Source: Candidatus Saccharimonadales bacterium (GTDB lineage Bacteria; Patescibacteriota; Saccharimonadia; Saccharimonadales; DASZAF01). From it: a stretch of DNA of 64,000 nt. The position numbers were made by a program, and so were the translations under genes. Positions 38,448-47,594 of this stretch are shown one piece after another. The stretch spans positions 117,453 through 181,452 of the forward strand of contig DATIIB010000001.1 of NCBI GenBank assembly GCA_035480055.1, read 5' to 3'. The notes beneath the pieces were generated by a model. That model saw only the letters and a program-made list of their open reading frames with translations, was not told the DNA's origin and made no database searches. Positions within the stretch are counted from its first letter, which is position 1. Each line of letters starts with the position of its first letter.

Positions 38448-39248
38448 TTAAATCTCCTCCGCAAAATAACGTGAACGTTTTCGGAAATACCATGCAGCGA
38501 TAATTGTGCACAGCACCACAATACTCAGTGGAATTATTCGCACCCAAGCGTGACCATAAATGCTGGCAATGGTAGGGGTGTCGTGTGACAACACCAAATA
38601 CCGCATATCCTGGGCCATCTGAGCCACCGGATTGAGCATTAGCACCTTCAGCACTTTATGAGGGAGCAATGTCACTGGATAGATAATCGGCGTTGCATAG
38701 AAGGCAGCCTGCATTATCACTTCCCAAATATAGTTAATATCGCGAAGTCTCACAAATGCCGCGCTCAAGAAGAACGCCAGTGCCAAAGCAAACATAAACA
38801 GCTCAAAAATAAGTAGTGGCGCCAACAAGCCAGTCTTAAGCATTGGCGTATGGCTCATCAGCATAAAGATGATGACCACCACCACGTTAATTGCGAGGTT
38901 AATGAGCGCCGAAAGCGACCCTGCCAACACAATGACGTATTTAGGAAAGTTGAGTTTACGAAGTAAATCGCCTTTACCGACGATCGCTCCTACGCCACCG
39001 TTAGTTACTTCGGCAAAGTAGTTCCAGACTACAATACCGAGCAATAGATAGATGGCATAGTGCGGAATACCCTTGCCAAAAAACTGTCCAAAAATAAGAT
39101 AGAGGATTAAGAAGATAGCCAGTGGCCGTAGCAATGACCACAGATACCCCAAAAACGATCCCTGGTAGCGAAGTTTGAAATCGGTAATAACGAGTTCTCG
39201 CAATAGAACAAGCGAATAATGGTAGCGGGTGTGGAATTTCTGGAACAT
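38448..39248 (-). CDS. wzm: ABC-2 type polysaccharide export permease (Wzm-like)
   Basis: 266 aa, six TM helices. Immediately upstream of wzt with a 1-nt gap. Confidence 0.8.
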   Translation of the reverse strand: MFQKFHTRYHYSLVLLRELVITDFKLRYQGSFLGYLWSLLRPLAIFLILYLIFGQFFGKGIPHYAIYLLLGIVVWNYFAEVTNGGVGAIVGKGDLLRKLNFPKYVIVLAGSLSALINLAINVVVVIIFMLMSHTPMLKTGLLAPLLIFELFMFALALAFFLSAAFVRLRDINYIWEVIMQAAFYATPIIYPVTLLPHKVLKVLMLNPVAQMAQDMRYLVLSHDTPTIASIYGHAWVRIIPLSIVVLCTIIAAWYFRKRSRYFAEEI

Positions 39249-39330
39249 AAAGCTTTAATTATTATATGGTTCGGAGAGAGTTTGAGCAACCATCGTTCTA
39301 CTCGCAGGTGTCGTGTATAATTGAGCCACA

Positions 39331-39906
39331 ATGACACAACTCCCTCCGCCCAAGCACGTCAGCAAGTGGAAAACGCTCGCCTCAGAGATGGCACTGGATG
39401 AAAAATGGTTCCCTGTTCGCAAGGATCGGATTGAACTGCCCCGAGGTAAAGTAATCGACGATTATTTTGTTTGGGAATCCCCGCGTATCGCCATGGTGGT
39501 GCCAGTGACTCCTGAGGGAAAGTTTGTACTTGTTCGCCAATATCGTCATGCACTTGGTGAAATCTTTTGCCAGTTTCCCGCTGGTGCATTAGATAAAGGC
39601 GAGCTAGCCGAAGCGGCAGCTATACGCGAATTACAGGAAGAAACTGGGTATCGCTGCCAAAAGTTAGTATTCCTTGGCTCACTTTCGCCTTACGCTACTA
39701 AGATGACGGGCGTCGTGGATGTCTATCTTGCCCAAAACGCAACCTTTGACCATCCGCCAGAGTACGACGAGCAAGAGGAAAGCGAGACAATTCTTTTAAC
39801 CCCGGAGGAGTTGGTGGCGCTTCCAGACACTCAAGAAGTTTTTGCGTCGGATCTCCTGGCTTGTATTTTTCTTGCCTTCCGGCACCTCGACTTGCCGTTG
39901 ACCTAA
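39331..39906 (+). CDS. Nudix hydrolase (possible GDP-mannose mannosyl hydrolase)
   Basis: Nudix box GALDKGELAEAAAIRELQEETGY. Adjacent to gmd, as gmm/wcaH is in other GDP-sugar loci. Confidence 0.7.
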   Translation: MTQLPPPKHVSKWKTLASEMALDEKWFPVRKDRIELPRGKVIDDYFVWESPRIAMVVPVTPEGKFVLVRQYRHALGEIFCQFPAGALDKGELAEAAAIRELQEETGYRCQKLVFLGSLSPYATKMTGVVDVYLAQNATFDHPPEYDEQEESETILLTPEELVALPDTQEVFASDLLACIFLAFRHLDLPLT

Positions 39907-39907
39907 T

Positions 39908-39937
39908 ACAAATGGCCGCGAGAAAGCGGCCATTTGT
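39908..39937. terminator. bidirectional intrinsic terminator between convergent nudix and gmd genes
   Basis: ACAAATGGCCGC-GAGAAA-GCGGCCATTTGT, a perfect 12-bp stem, with T/A-rich flanks. Confidence 0.5.
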
Positions 39938-39952
39938 ATATTGAAGAAACGT

Positions 39953-40963
39953 TTACTTAAAACGCTTCAAATCTTCATCGACCATCATCTTGATGAGGTC
40001 TTCAAAGCTGGTTCGTGGTTCCCAACCCAAGTCTTGCTTGGCTTTGGAGTAGTCACCCTTGAGTTCTTTAATTTCGGTTGGGCGCATAAATTTCTTGTCT
40101 TCGACAGCGTAATCTTCGTAATTAAGACCGACATGCTCGAAAGCGATTTGTAGCGCTTCCTTAATTGAGTGTGCAGAATTAGTACCAATTACGTAATCCT
40201 TTGGAGTATCTTGCTGAAGCATCAACCACATCGCTTCCACGTATTCTTTAGCGTAGCCCCAGTCGCGCATCATACTCATATCGCCCATATGCAGCTTACC
40301 GTCCTCGCCAATGAGGGGGTCACCAGCCTCATTTAGTGGCATATTTGTTGGTTGGTTCTTGATGCAGGCAACTCCGGCAGTAATTTTGCGAGTCACAAAG
40401 TGTAGCGAGCGGCGCGGACTTTCGTGGTTAAAGAGAATGCCGCCACAGACAAACATGCCATAGCTTTCTCGATAACAATTAATCATCATGTGTGCATAGG
40501 CTTTAGCGATGCCATAAGGGTTGTTGGCGAAAAGTGGCGTCTCTTCGGTTGCCGACTCGTCGTCACCACCAATGCCACCGAGAATTTCGCGACTAGTTGC
40601 CTGGTAAACCCGGGCGTGAGGTGCGAACTTCAGTACTGCTTCAAACACGCGAACAGGGCCAAGCGCGGTCACTTCACCAGTATAAAGAGCGTGTGTCCAG
40701 CTATCCGCGGGCACTGACTGAGCCGCAATGTTATAGACTTCGTCTGGCTGCGCTTCTTTGATAACTCGCTCAATGCTCCCGGCATCGGTCAGGTCAGCAG
40801 CTTCAATACGAATTTTGCCATATAAATGTTCGATATTTGGATGCTGGTAGTGCGTACTACGACGAATTGTCCCAGTTACTTCGTAACCCTTTTCGAGCAA
40901 TAAGTCAGCGAGGTAAGAACCGTCTTGTGATGTCACACCAATGATTACAGCCTTTTTTGCCAT
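39953..40963 (-). CDS. gmd: GDP-mannose 4,6-dehydratase
   Basis: MAKKAVIIGVTSQDGSYLADLLLEKGYEVTGTIRRSTHYQ is near-canonical Gmd. Start at ATG 40963. Confidence 0.9.
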   Translation of the reverse strand: MAKKAVIIGVTSQDGSYLADLLLEKGYEVTGTIRRSTHYQHPNIEHLYGKIRIEAADLTDAGSIERVIKEAQPDEVYNIAAQSVPADSWTHALYTGEVTALGPVRVFEAVLKFAPHARVYQATSREILGGIGGDDESATEETPLFANNPYGIAKAYAHMMINCYRESYGMFVCGGILFNHESPRRSLHFVTRKITAGVACIKNQPTNMPLNEAGDPLIGEDGKLHMGDMSMMRDWGYAKEYVEAMWLMLQQDTPKDYVIGTNSAHSIKEALQIAFEHVGLNYEDYAVEDKKFMRPTEIKELKGDYSKAKQDLGWEPRTSFEDLIKMMVDEDLKRFK

Positions 40964-41056
40964 GTAATTAAAGTCCCTTCTGGTTAGCAAATAGTACCCC
41001 CATTTATATCATCTATCGAGAGGGAAGGAAACTGGCAGTGATGGTACAATACAGCT

Positions 41057-42004
41057 ATGCAGACAAAAAATATCTTAGTGACAGGTGTTAATGGTTTTGT
41101 GGGCCATCATCTTGCCAAAGAACTCACAAACCACAAGATCGGCGTGATCGGCGTGGGGTCTCAACCGCAACCCGCTGCCGCTCTCCAGCCATTCCTCTTA
41201 GACTACGTACAATGCGACCTCACTGACGAAGCCGCGGTCGACAAGCTTCCGCTCAGCAAAGCAACAGCAATCATTCATTTAGCCGCAATGGCCTCTAAGG
41301 CACTTTCTTTTACCAAGCCCAAGGAAAGTATAAATTCTAATAGCAATATGGTCATTAACCTTTTCGAAGCTGCGTTGCGACAGGATGCACACCCGCGTTT
41401 TGTGCAAGTAAGTAGCGGCGCTATCTACCGTTCAGACCAGCCAATGCCACTGACCGAAGCAAGCGAATTAGGCGCTGACTCTCCTTATGCAATCGGCAAG
41501 ATTTTGTGCGAACAGCTGTGTGAATATTATGGCAAGCGTGGGTTTGAATACGTTATTCTACGACCTTTCAATCACACCGGGCCTGGCCAAGGTCTAGGGT
41601 ACCTTATTCCTGATTTAACCAGCAACGCCCTCAAGGCAGGTAAGGGCGGAGAATTGCTTACAGGCAATTTGTCTTCCAAGCGCGACTACAGCGATGTTCG
41701 TGATGTCGTCCGCGCCTACACCATGATAGCAACTGCAGAGAAAATTCCTCATTCCATCTATAACGTCTGCTCGGGGGAGAGTCATTCGGGGGAAGATATC
41801 TTGCGATTAATTACCGAGGCTTTATACGACAACGAGACCGCGCTTACCTCCAAGGTAGACGAATCTAAGCTTCGCCCTTTCGAACCCTCGGATATCGTCG
41901 GAGATCATTCTCTCCTTTCGGAAGACTTTGGTTGGCAGCCCCAAATCTCTCTCGAGCAGACCATCACTGACTATGCGGCCTGGTTTGAGAAAGAAGCGCA
42001 CTAG
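41057..42004 (+). CDS. NAD-dependent epimerase/dehydratase; GDP-4-keto-6-deoxy-D-mannose reductase (Rmd-like) or GDP-fucose synthase
   Basis: N-terminal ILVTGVNGFVGHHLAKEL Rossmann. SDR catalytic YxxxK (YAIGK). 315 aa, size and N-terminus closer to Rmd than Fcl. Confidence 0.6.
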   Translation: MQTKNILVTGVNGFVGHHLAKELTNHKIGVIGVGSQPQPAAALQPFLLDYVQCDLTDEAAVDKLPLSKATAIIHLAAMASKALSFTKPKESINSNSNMVINLFEAALRQDAHPRFVQVSSGAIYRSDQPMPLTEASELGADSPYAIGKILCEQLCEYYGKRGFEYVILRPFNHTGPGQGLGYLIPDLTSNALKAGKGGELLTGNLSSKRDYSDVRDVVRAYTMIATAEKIPHSIYNVCSGESHSGEDILRLITEALYDNETALTSKVDESKLRPFEPSDIVGDHSLLSEDFGWQPQISLEQTITDYAAWFEKEAH

Positions 42005-43110
42005 TGAGAATCGTAATTGATGCCCGTAACATCAATACTTCGACTGGCCGATATGCTGAGCGATTGATTCATTACCTCGAGGAACTTGATACTACCAATG
42101 AATATATTGTGTTGGTGCTGCAAAAAGACATTAACTTCTACAAGCCGCAGAACCCGAACTTTAGCGTCAGGGGAGTGAAGTATCCGTGGTTTAGCCTCAG
42201 CGAACAGCTGGGAATGGCTCGCTACCTCTACTCGCTCAAGGCTGACTTGGTGCATTTTACAATGATGCATCACCCTATTTTCTATTTTCGTCCGTACGTG
42301 ACCACCTTTCACGACCTTACACTCTTAAAGACCTACAACAGCGACAAAAACTATGTCGTATACAAAGTGAAGCAGTTTATTGGCCGCTTTGTGTATCAGG
42401 CTATGGCGCATTGGTCGACTCACCTGATTACGCCGACCAAGTTTGGCCGCAATGAGTTAGTGGCATTTAGCCATATCGACCCGAGTAAAGTGACGGTCAC
42501 CTACGAAGGGGGAGAGACGACCGCCCAAAAGGCGAGGTCATATCGTGAGTTACGCGACAAAAACTATCTCCTGTATGTAGGCCAACAAAGTGATTACAAA
42601 AATATCCGGCGCTTAATGCAGGCGCATCAGCAGCTTCGACGCACGCATTCAGATTTATTGCTCGTGCTCGTGGGACGACTCAGCGGCAAAAATGGCAAGC
42701 CGCTCCAAACTAATCGTCAATGGGCTAAAGAGCAGGGCTTTAAAGGGATTATCTACACCGATTTTGTGCCTGACGATCAACTAGTCTGGCTGTTCCAACA
42801 CTGCAGCGTGTACGTGTTCCCCTCGCTTATGGAAGGCTTTGGCTTACCTGGGCTCGAGGCCATGGGCTACGGAGCGCCAGTCGCCAGCAGTAACGCAACC
42901 TGTCTGCCAGAGATATATAAAGATGCAGCACTTTATTTTGACCCCTGTAATGTCGACAAGATGACCTCTGTTATTGGGCAAATCCTGGATAGTAAAAAGC
43001 TGCAAGAAGAGTTGAGAGTCAAAGGCGCCAAAGTAAATGCTCAGTACTCGTGGAAACGAATGGCCGCACAAACGCTAAAAGTTTATAAAACTATTTTTAA
43101 ACAAAAATAG
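42004..43110 (+). CDS. glycosyltransferase family 4
   Basis: FPSLMEGFGLPGLEAMGYGAPVASSNATCLPEIYKDAALYF. Confidence 0.8.
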   Translation: MRIVIDARNINTSTGRYAERLIHYLEELDTTNEYIVLVLQKDINFYKPQNPNFSVRGVKYPWFSLSEQLGMARYLYSLKADLVHFTMMHHPIFYFRPYVTTFHDLTLLKTYNSDKNYVVYKVKQFIGRFVYQAMAHWSTHLITPTKFGRNELVAFSHIDPSKVTVTYEGGETTAQKARSYRELRDKNYLLYVGQQSDYKNIRRLMQAHQQLRRTHSDLLLVLVGRLSGKNGKPLQTNRQWAKEQGFKGIIYTDFVPDDQLVWLFQHCSVYVFPSLMEGFGLPGLEAMGYGAPVASSNATCLPEIYKDAALYFDPCNVDKMTSVIGQILDSKKLQEELRVKGAKVNAQYSWKRMAAQTLKVYKTIFKQK

Positions 43111-43178
43111 AACTTAATTGGTGGGGAAGTGCTGTTTGCTTTTTTAGAAGTTTATAGTTTTATATAGTTTTTTGAGCT

Positions 43179-43691
43179 TTACAATGCGTCGTCGGAAAGC
43201 GCTTCAGCTGATTCAGGGGCCTCGCTCCCCTCCTCTTTCAAGGAGAGTACGATGTGTCGATCGCGACCTTCACCGACAGATTCGGTCTTGAGGTCGCCAT
43301 ATTCTGAAACGGTGCGGTGCACCACGCGGCGATCCGCAGGGCTCATTGGCCGCAGCTCCATTGGCTGCTTGGACTTGAGCACTTCTTCGCACCACTGAGC
43401 CACCTGTTCAGCCAAACGGTCAGCCCGGTGCCGTTTATAGTCTGCAATATCTACATTGACACGATTCAGCTCTGCTTCCTGGTTCTTTAAGCCCATGCTG
43501 ACCAAGAACTGTAGCGACCGCAGAGTGTCACCACGCTGGCCAATTAAAAAGCCGTTTAAGTGAGTTGAGGGCACGCGCAGCTCGACTACATCTTCTTCGC
43601 ACGTGGCTGCAACATCGGTATTTAAGCCAAAAAATGAGAGTAAATCTTCAAGATATTTCTTGGCGTAGGCAATTGAGGCATCGCGGTCCAT
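43179..43691 (-). CDS. jag: Jag/KhpB RNA-binding protein (Jag_N-KH-R3H)
   Basis: Position immediately downstream of yidC. KH-like GFLIGQRGDTLRSLQFLV and R3H-like C-terminus. Confidence 0.75.
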   Translation of the reverse strand: MDRDASIAYAKKYLEDLLSFFGLNTDVAATCEEDVVELRVPSTHLNGFLIGQRGDTLRSLQFLVSMGLKNQEAELNRVNVDIADYKRHRADRLAEQVAQWCEEVLKSKQPMELRPMSPADRRVVHRTVSEYGDLKTESVGEGRDRHIVLSLKEEGSEAPESAEALSDDAL

Positions 43692-43693
43692 GG

Positions 43694-44725
43694 CTACTTC
43701 CCTTTCTTCTTAGATACTTTCTTTTTGGCAACAGGTTTGCGAGAAGTAGTTTCGACGACAGTTGCTTCTTGAGCCTTCTTGAGGCGCTCAGCGTTTGCCG
43801 CAGATGGTTTTTTGTTGGTCATGGTTTCCATTTCATCAACGTCTTGGCCAAGAATAAAGGTTTGTTGTCCCCATCCCACTAAGGTTGAGGTCAGAAGATA
43901 TAAGGTCAACGCGCCCTGAATACTAATTGCAAACATAAAGGTTAGTAGTGGAAAAATCTTCACCATGCCGCCGCTCATGGCCGCGCTTACTTCGCTCTGA
44001 TCTGCTTGCTTGCCGGTACCCGCGTCTTTAAAGAGCTGGCGCAAGGTTTTCTTTTCCTTGGGCTGCGGCATAAGCTGCTTGGACTGGAAATACTGGAAAA
44101 TCGCTGCCAACACCGCCATGATCATCACCGGTACATAGACTTTATTATTAGTAATCGCCATGTGCGTCAGATCAATCGAGCCGAAGAGCTTTTCGTTGAA
44201 CTTATCAATGTTTGCCGTCACATCCTTCATGTAGCCAAAATTCTGGATAAACTTAAAGGAATGAGTGACGACGTTGTGCTTATCGTGCGTAATCAGGCGA
44301 ACTACTTGATAGAGCGCTAACAAGATTGGTAATTGCAATGCCAGCACCCAGATTGAGCCTAAAGGATTCACGCCTTTTTCGCGGTAAAGCTCCATCATCA
44401 GTTTACTTTCGAGCTGCTTGTTGCCTTTGGCTTTCTCTTTGACCTTCTTGAGTTCTGGCTGGATTTTGCGCATCACTTTGGTCTGATGGAGCTGCTTGCG
44501 AACCAGCGGCCACATGGCCATACGCACGATGATCGTAAAGATAATCAGCGCGACCCCAAAGTCATGCCCAGGCACGATTGCATAGATCGCCGTTAAGAGG
44601 TTAAAAATAACGGCCACGATCCCGTGGTATGCGGCCAAGATTGCGCCGCCGATCAGCGGAAAGATAAACTTCCCTCCAACCACTAAAATTAATGTGAGCA
44701 AAATAAAGATGATTACTGATGGCAT
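43694..44725 (-). CDS. yidC: membrane protein insertase YidC
   Basis: Conserved rnpA-yidC-jag synteny. Multi-TM 343-aa protein with Lys-rich C-terminal tail (short monoderm-type YidC). Confidence 0.85.
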   Translation of the reverse strand: MPSVIIFILLTLILVVGGKFIFPLIGGAILAAYHGIVAVIFNLLTAIYAIVPGHDFGVALIIFTIIVRMAMWPLVRKQLHQTKVMRKIQPELKKVKEKAKGNKQLESKLMMELYREKGVNPLGSIWVLALQLPILLALYQVVRLITHDKHNVVTHSFKFIQNFGYMKDVTANIDKFNEKLFGSIDLTHMAITNNKVYVPVMIMAVLAAIFQYFQSKQLMPQPKEKKTLRQLFKDAGTGKQADQSEVSAAMSGGMVKIFPLLTFMFAISIQGALTLYLLTSTLVGWGQQTFILGQDVDEMETMTNKKPSAANAERLKKAQEATVVETTSRKPVAKKKVSKKKGK

Positions 44726-44792
44726 ATTAGATGTATTTTAGCAATAAAACTGGTCAGTTGGCAATGAGAAGACGGTAAGCAATCAACGACGC

Positions 44793-45146
44793 TCAAATAT
44801 CGGCCAGAATTCCTGCGTCCTTTAGCAGGCCGACCACCAAAGCTTCCAGCTCAGCATGCTCCAATGTTGCAACTGAATCATCGTACACAAAGAAAGCCAT
44901 ATCGTATCCAGATTGCAGTTCAGTCCAGTGCACGCGGACGATTTCATAAATGCGCCGCCGAATGCGGTTACGAACTGGCGACGATTTACTCACCTTCCGC
45001 CCCACCACGACCGCACAGCGCGACGTTGGTCGTCGTGAGTTCAAAATATATTTGAGACTGAGCATCTTGCGGCGCGTGACATTCCCCTGACGAAACAGGA
45101 ACGAAAGGCTACGATGACCATGAAAACGATAGGCAGCGGAAAGCAT
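44793..45146 (-). CDS. rnpA: ribonuclease P protein component
   Basis: 117 aa basic protein (RNR motif region VRNRIRRRIYEIVR) directly downstream of rpmH. Confidence 0.8.
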   Translation of the reverse strand: MLSAAYRFHGHRSLSFLFRQGNVTRRKMLSLKYILNSRRPTSRCAVVVGRKVSKSSPVRNRIRRRIYEIVRVHWTELQSGYDMAFFVYDDSVATLEHAELEALVVGLLKDAGILADI

Positions 45147-45157
45147 CTTACTCCTTA

Positions 45158-45189
45158 GTATAAAACAAACTCCGCTGATAAGAGCGGAG
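45158..45189 (-). terminator. intrinsic terminator/attenuator between rpmH and rnpA
   Basis: On the minus strand CTCCGCT-CTTATC-AGCGGAG (7-bp stem) followed by TTTGTTTTAT. Confidence 0.5.
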
Positions 45190-45212
45190 GTTTGTAGGGC
45201 GCATGGCGCGCT

Positions 45213-45350
45213 TTAGCGGCTGAGCATCTTGCGGCCCTTAAGGCGACGAGCCTTAAGAACCAAGCGGCCAGCGCGGCTCGACATGCGAGCACGGAAGCCG
45301 TGCACTCGGGCTTTGTGGCGTTTTTTAGGTTGAAATGTTCGCTTTGGCAT
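45213..45350 (-). CDS. rpmH: 50S ribosomal protein L34
   Basis: Hand translation gives [45 protein letters not shown] (45 aa), the canonical L34 sequence. Not in ORF track (<60 aa). RBS AAGGAAA. Confidence 0.9.
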   Translation of the reverse strand: MPKRTFQPKKRHKARVHGFRARMSSRAGRLVLKARRLKGRKMLSR

Positions 45351-45359
45351 TCTATTTCC

Positions 45360-45610
45360 TTATTCACAATTATAGCAACCGGACTGTTATGTAGACCTAT
45401 CGCTTTCTTTGTGTCATATTGTAGCAATTTTTCCACAATATACAAGAGGTTATCCACAGCTTTACAGAGGTGAGTTTTTGCTGTGTATAACTTCTCTTCT
45501 CCATGCCCAGTAGCTGTGAGGCAAAATACCGAACAAAAGATGGTTGTGGAAAACTTACTTACTCCAGTATCATTAAGGGTAGTAACTAAGTGTGTGAGGG
45601 TAGTAACGAG
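45360..45610. promoter_or_regulatory. DnaA-box cluster upstream of dnaA (candidate oriC part 1 / dnaA and rpmH promoter region)
   Basis: Perfect TTATCCACA at ~45450-45458, TTTTCCACA at ~45429-45437, TGTGGAAAA (reverse complement) at ~45546-45554, TGTGTATAA at ~45482-45490. Extended -10 (TGcTATAAT) for rpmH at ~45369-45377 on the minus strand. Confidence 0.55.
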
Positions 45611-45613
45611 CGA

Positions 45614-46972
45614 ATGAGTAGTGCGCTTTGGCAAACCGTATTAGGTGAGATTGAGTTGTCGGTTTCTCGAGCAACCTTTGTGACCTGGTTTAAGAATACC
45701 GAGTTAATTGAAGAAGCTGACGGTCATGTGGTCATTGGCGTGCCCAATATTTTTGCCAAACAGCAGCTGGAGGTAAAATTTAATACCCAGATTACAGAAA
45801 TCTTGCAAAAGAATGGCTTAATGGTCAGCTCAATTACTTACCGCATTAAATCACTTAACAAAAAGAAGGCGCCGGCCAAACGCGAGATGACCGCGCCCCT
45901 TGCCACCTCTGCGCCTACTGCTTCGCACCGGGCCAGCGGCCCTTCAGCATCATCGGCCACGACTGGGCTCAATCCAAAGTACACCTTTGATACATTTATC
46001 GTGGGCTCTAGTAACGAGCTCGCCTATGCGGCCTGCCAAGCAGTCGCAGCCAATCCTGGGACCAAATACAATCCTCTCTTTTTATATGGTGGCGTGGGAC
46101 TGGGCAAAACGCACCTTATTCAGGCCGTTGGCACTGGCATCGCCCAGAACGATCCCGACGCGCGCATTGCATACATTTCTTCTGAAACATTTGTGAATGA
46201 GTTTCTGGAAGCGATTCGTTTTAAAAAGAAGGGCTTTGCTGACCGCTACCGCCAAGTTGACGTGCTCATCATTGATGACATGCAGTTTATTGCGGGCAAA
46301 GAAAAGACCCAAGAAGAATTCTTCCACACTTTTAATGCGCTACATCAAGCCAACAAACAGATTATTATTAGCTCTGATAAACCGCCGAAGAGCATTCCCA
46401 CTCTCGAGGAACGGCTCCGCTCTCGATTTGAATGGGGCATGACCATTGACATTCAAATGCCGGATTTTGAAACCCGCTCGGCGATCTTGCAATCCAAAGC
46501 GCAGTCGCATGGGGTGACGCTCGATCGCGAAACCGTTGAGTTTTTGGCAACCAATGTGCAGACCAACATTCGAGAGCTTGAAGGCGCCCTTAATCAACTG
46601 CTGGCCTACTGTGAAATGCGAGGACTGACCCCAGATGTGCAGATTGCCCAAGGTCTGATTGGCAATAATCGCCAACGGCCGCAGCATCTTACTCCTAAAC
46701 AGGTGGTCGAGAAGACCGCTCGTCACTTCCAGATTCCAATGGGCGACATGATTGGTCCAAAGCGCGATAAACATATTGTGGTACCCAGGCAGGTGGCTAT
46801 GTACCTGCTGCGCAGCGAGCTCCACCTGAGCTTTCCAAAGATTGCTGGCGAGTTGGGTCGCAAGGACCACACAACGGCCATCCACTCAATCGACAAGGTG
46901 GAGAGAACGATCGCTCTGGATATTTCAATGCGCCAGATTGTGGCTGAGATTCGAGAGAAGTTGTATGTATAG
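45614..46972 (+). CDS. dnaA: chromosomal replication initiator DnaA
   Basis: AAA+ Walker A GGVGLGKTHL, Walker B LIIDDMQF, C-terminal DnaA-box binding helix-turn-helix. Start at MSSALWQ (ATG 45614). Confidence 0.95.
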   Translation: MSSALWQTVLGEIELSVSRATFVTWFKNTELIEEADGHVVIGVPNIFAKQQLEVKFNTQITEILQKNGLMVSSITYRIKSLNKKKAPAKREMTAPLATSAPTASHRASGPSASSATTGLNPKYTFDTFIVGSSNELAYAACQAVAANPGTKYNPLFLYGGVGLGKTHLIQAVGTGIAQNDPDARIAYISSETFVNEFLEAIRFKKKGFADRYRQVDVLIIDDMQFIAGKEKTQEEFFHTFNALHQANKQIIISSDKPPKSIPTLEERLRSRFEWGMTIDIQMPDFETRSAILQSKAQSHGVTLDRETVEFLATNVQTNIRELEGALNQLLAYCEMRGLTPDVQIAQGLIGNNRQRPQHLTPKQVVEKTARHFQIPMGDMIGPKRDKHIVVPRQVAMYLLRSELHLSFPKIAGELGRKDHTTAIHSIDKVERTIALDISMRQIVAEIREKLYV

Positions 46973-47594
46973 TCTTCACTCTGTGTTCTCCGCTCCCAGC
47001 CCACCTCCTACTCCCAAGACAGAGATCCACTCCCTTTGGGAGTGTTCACACAGTCTCTGGAGTAGGAGGATGGGCAGTGGCTGTCCTCCACTCAGTAGAG
47101 CGATGAGTTGGTTATTGGGAAACGGCAGAGCAATTAATAAAGTCCACTCTTTGAGTGGACAGCTAAAGCCACAGACTCTCGAAGCAGCGAACGAACGGGT
47201 GACACCTGACGGGGCAGCCCTAAAATTGCTTTGTGTACCCACAAAGAATTTTAGGGGCGGATCAGGTGGCAGGACCCGTGGAGACTGGAATGGAAGTGGA
47301 GCGTACAAATCCACCTCGCCTCCTTGTGCAAAACCTGTGCGTAACCCTGTGACAAAAAATGTGTACAAAGGTGCCACTTATTCACAGTCTCGTGTGTTTC
47401 AGGACATAGCCCAAAAGTTGTCCCCCATTCTATCCCCCACTGCCCCTACATTGCACACGATTTGTACCCGGCCTTTCCACAGCCTCAAAGCCAAAATCAC
47501 CTCTGGCAAACCGTATTTATCCTCACTATCCACATACCCTACTATCACTACTACTATTTATATAAATAATAAGTAATACAGAAAGGAATTCACC
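46973..47594. promoter_or_regulatory. dnaA-dnaN intergenic region: candidate oriC part 2 (DnaA boxes plus AT-rich unwinding element)
   Basis: 622-bp non-coding spacer. DnaA-box-like 9-mers TTATCCTCA (47517), CTATCCACA (47526), CTTTCCACA (47473), TTATTCACA (~47388). AT-rich tract ACTATCACTACTACTATTTATATAAATAATAAGTAATA at 47541-47580 just before dnaN. Confidence 0.55.

Noticed and set aside
45155-45634. 159-aa minus-strand ORF covering rpmH and the region upstream of dnaA
   Set aside because: Different frame from the true 45-aa L34 gene (45213-45350). Spans the DnaA-box promoter region. No protein-like features.
46842-47576. 244-aa ORF spanning the end of dnaA and the dnaA-dnaN spacer
   Set aside because: Overlaps dnaA. 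Low-complexity S/T/P-rich translation. The region carries DnaA boxes and an AT-rich tract, so it is better explained as non-coding oriC.
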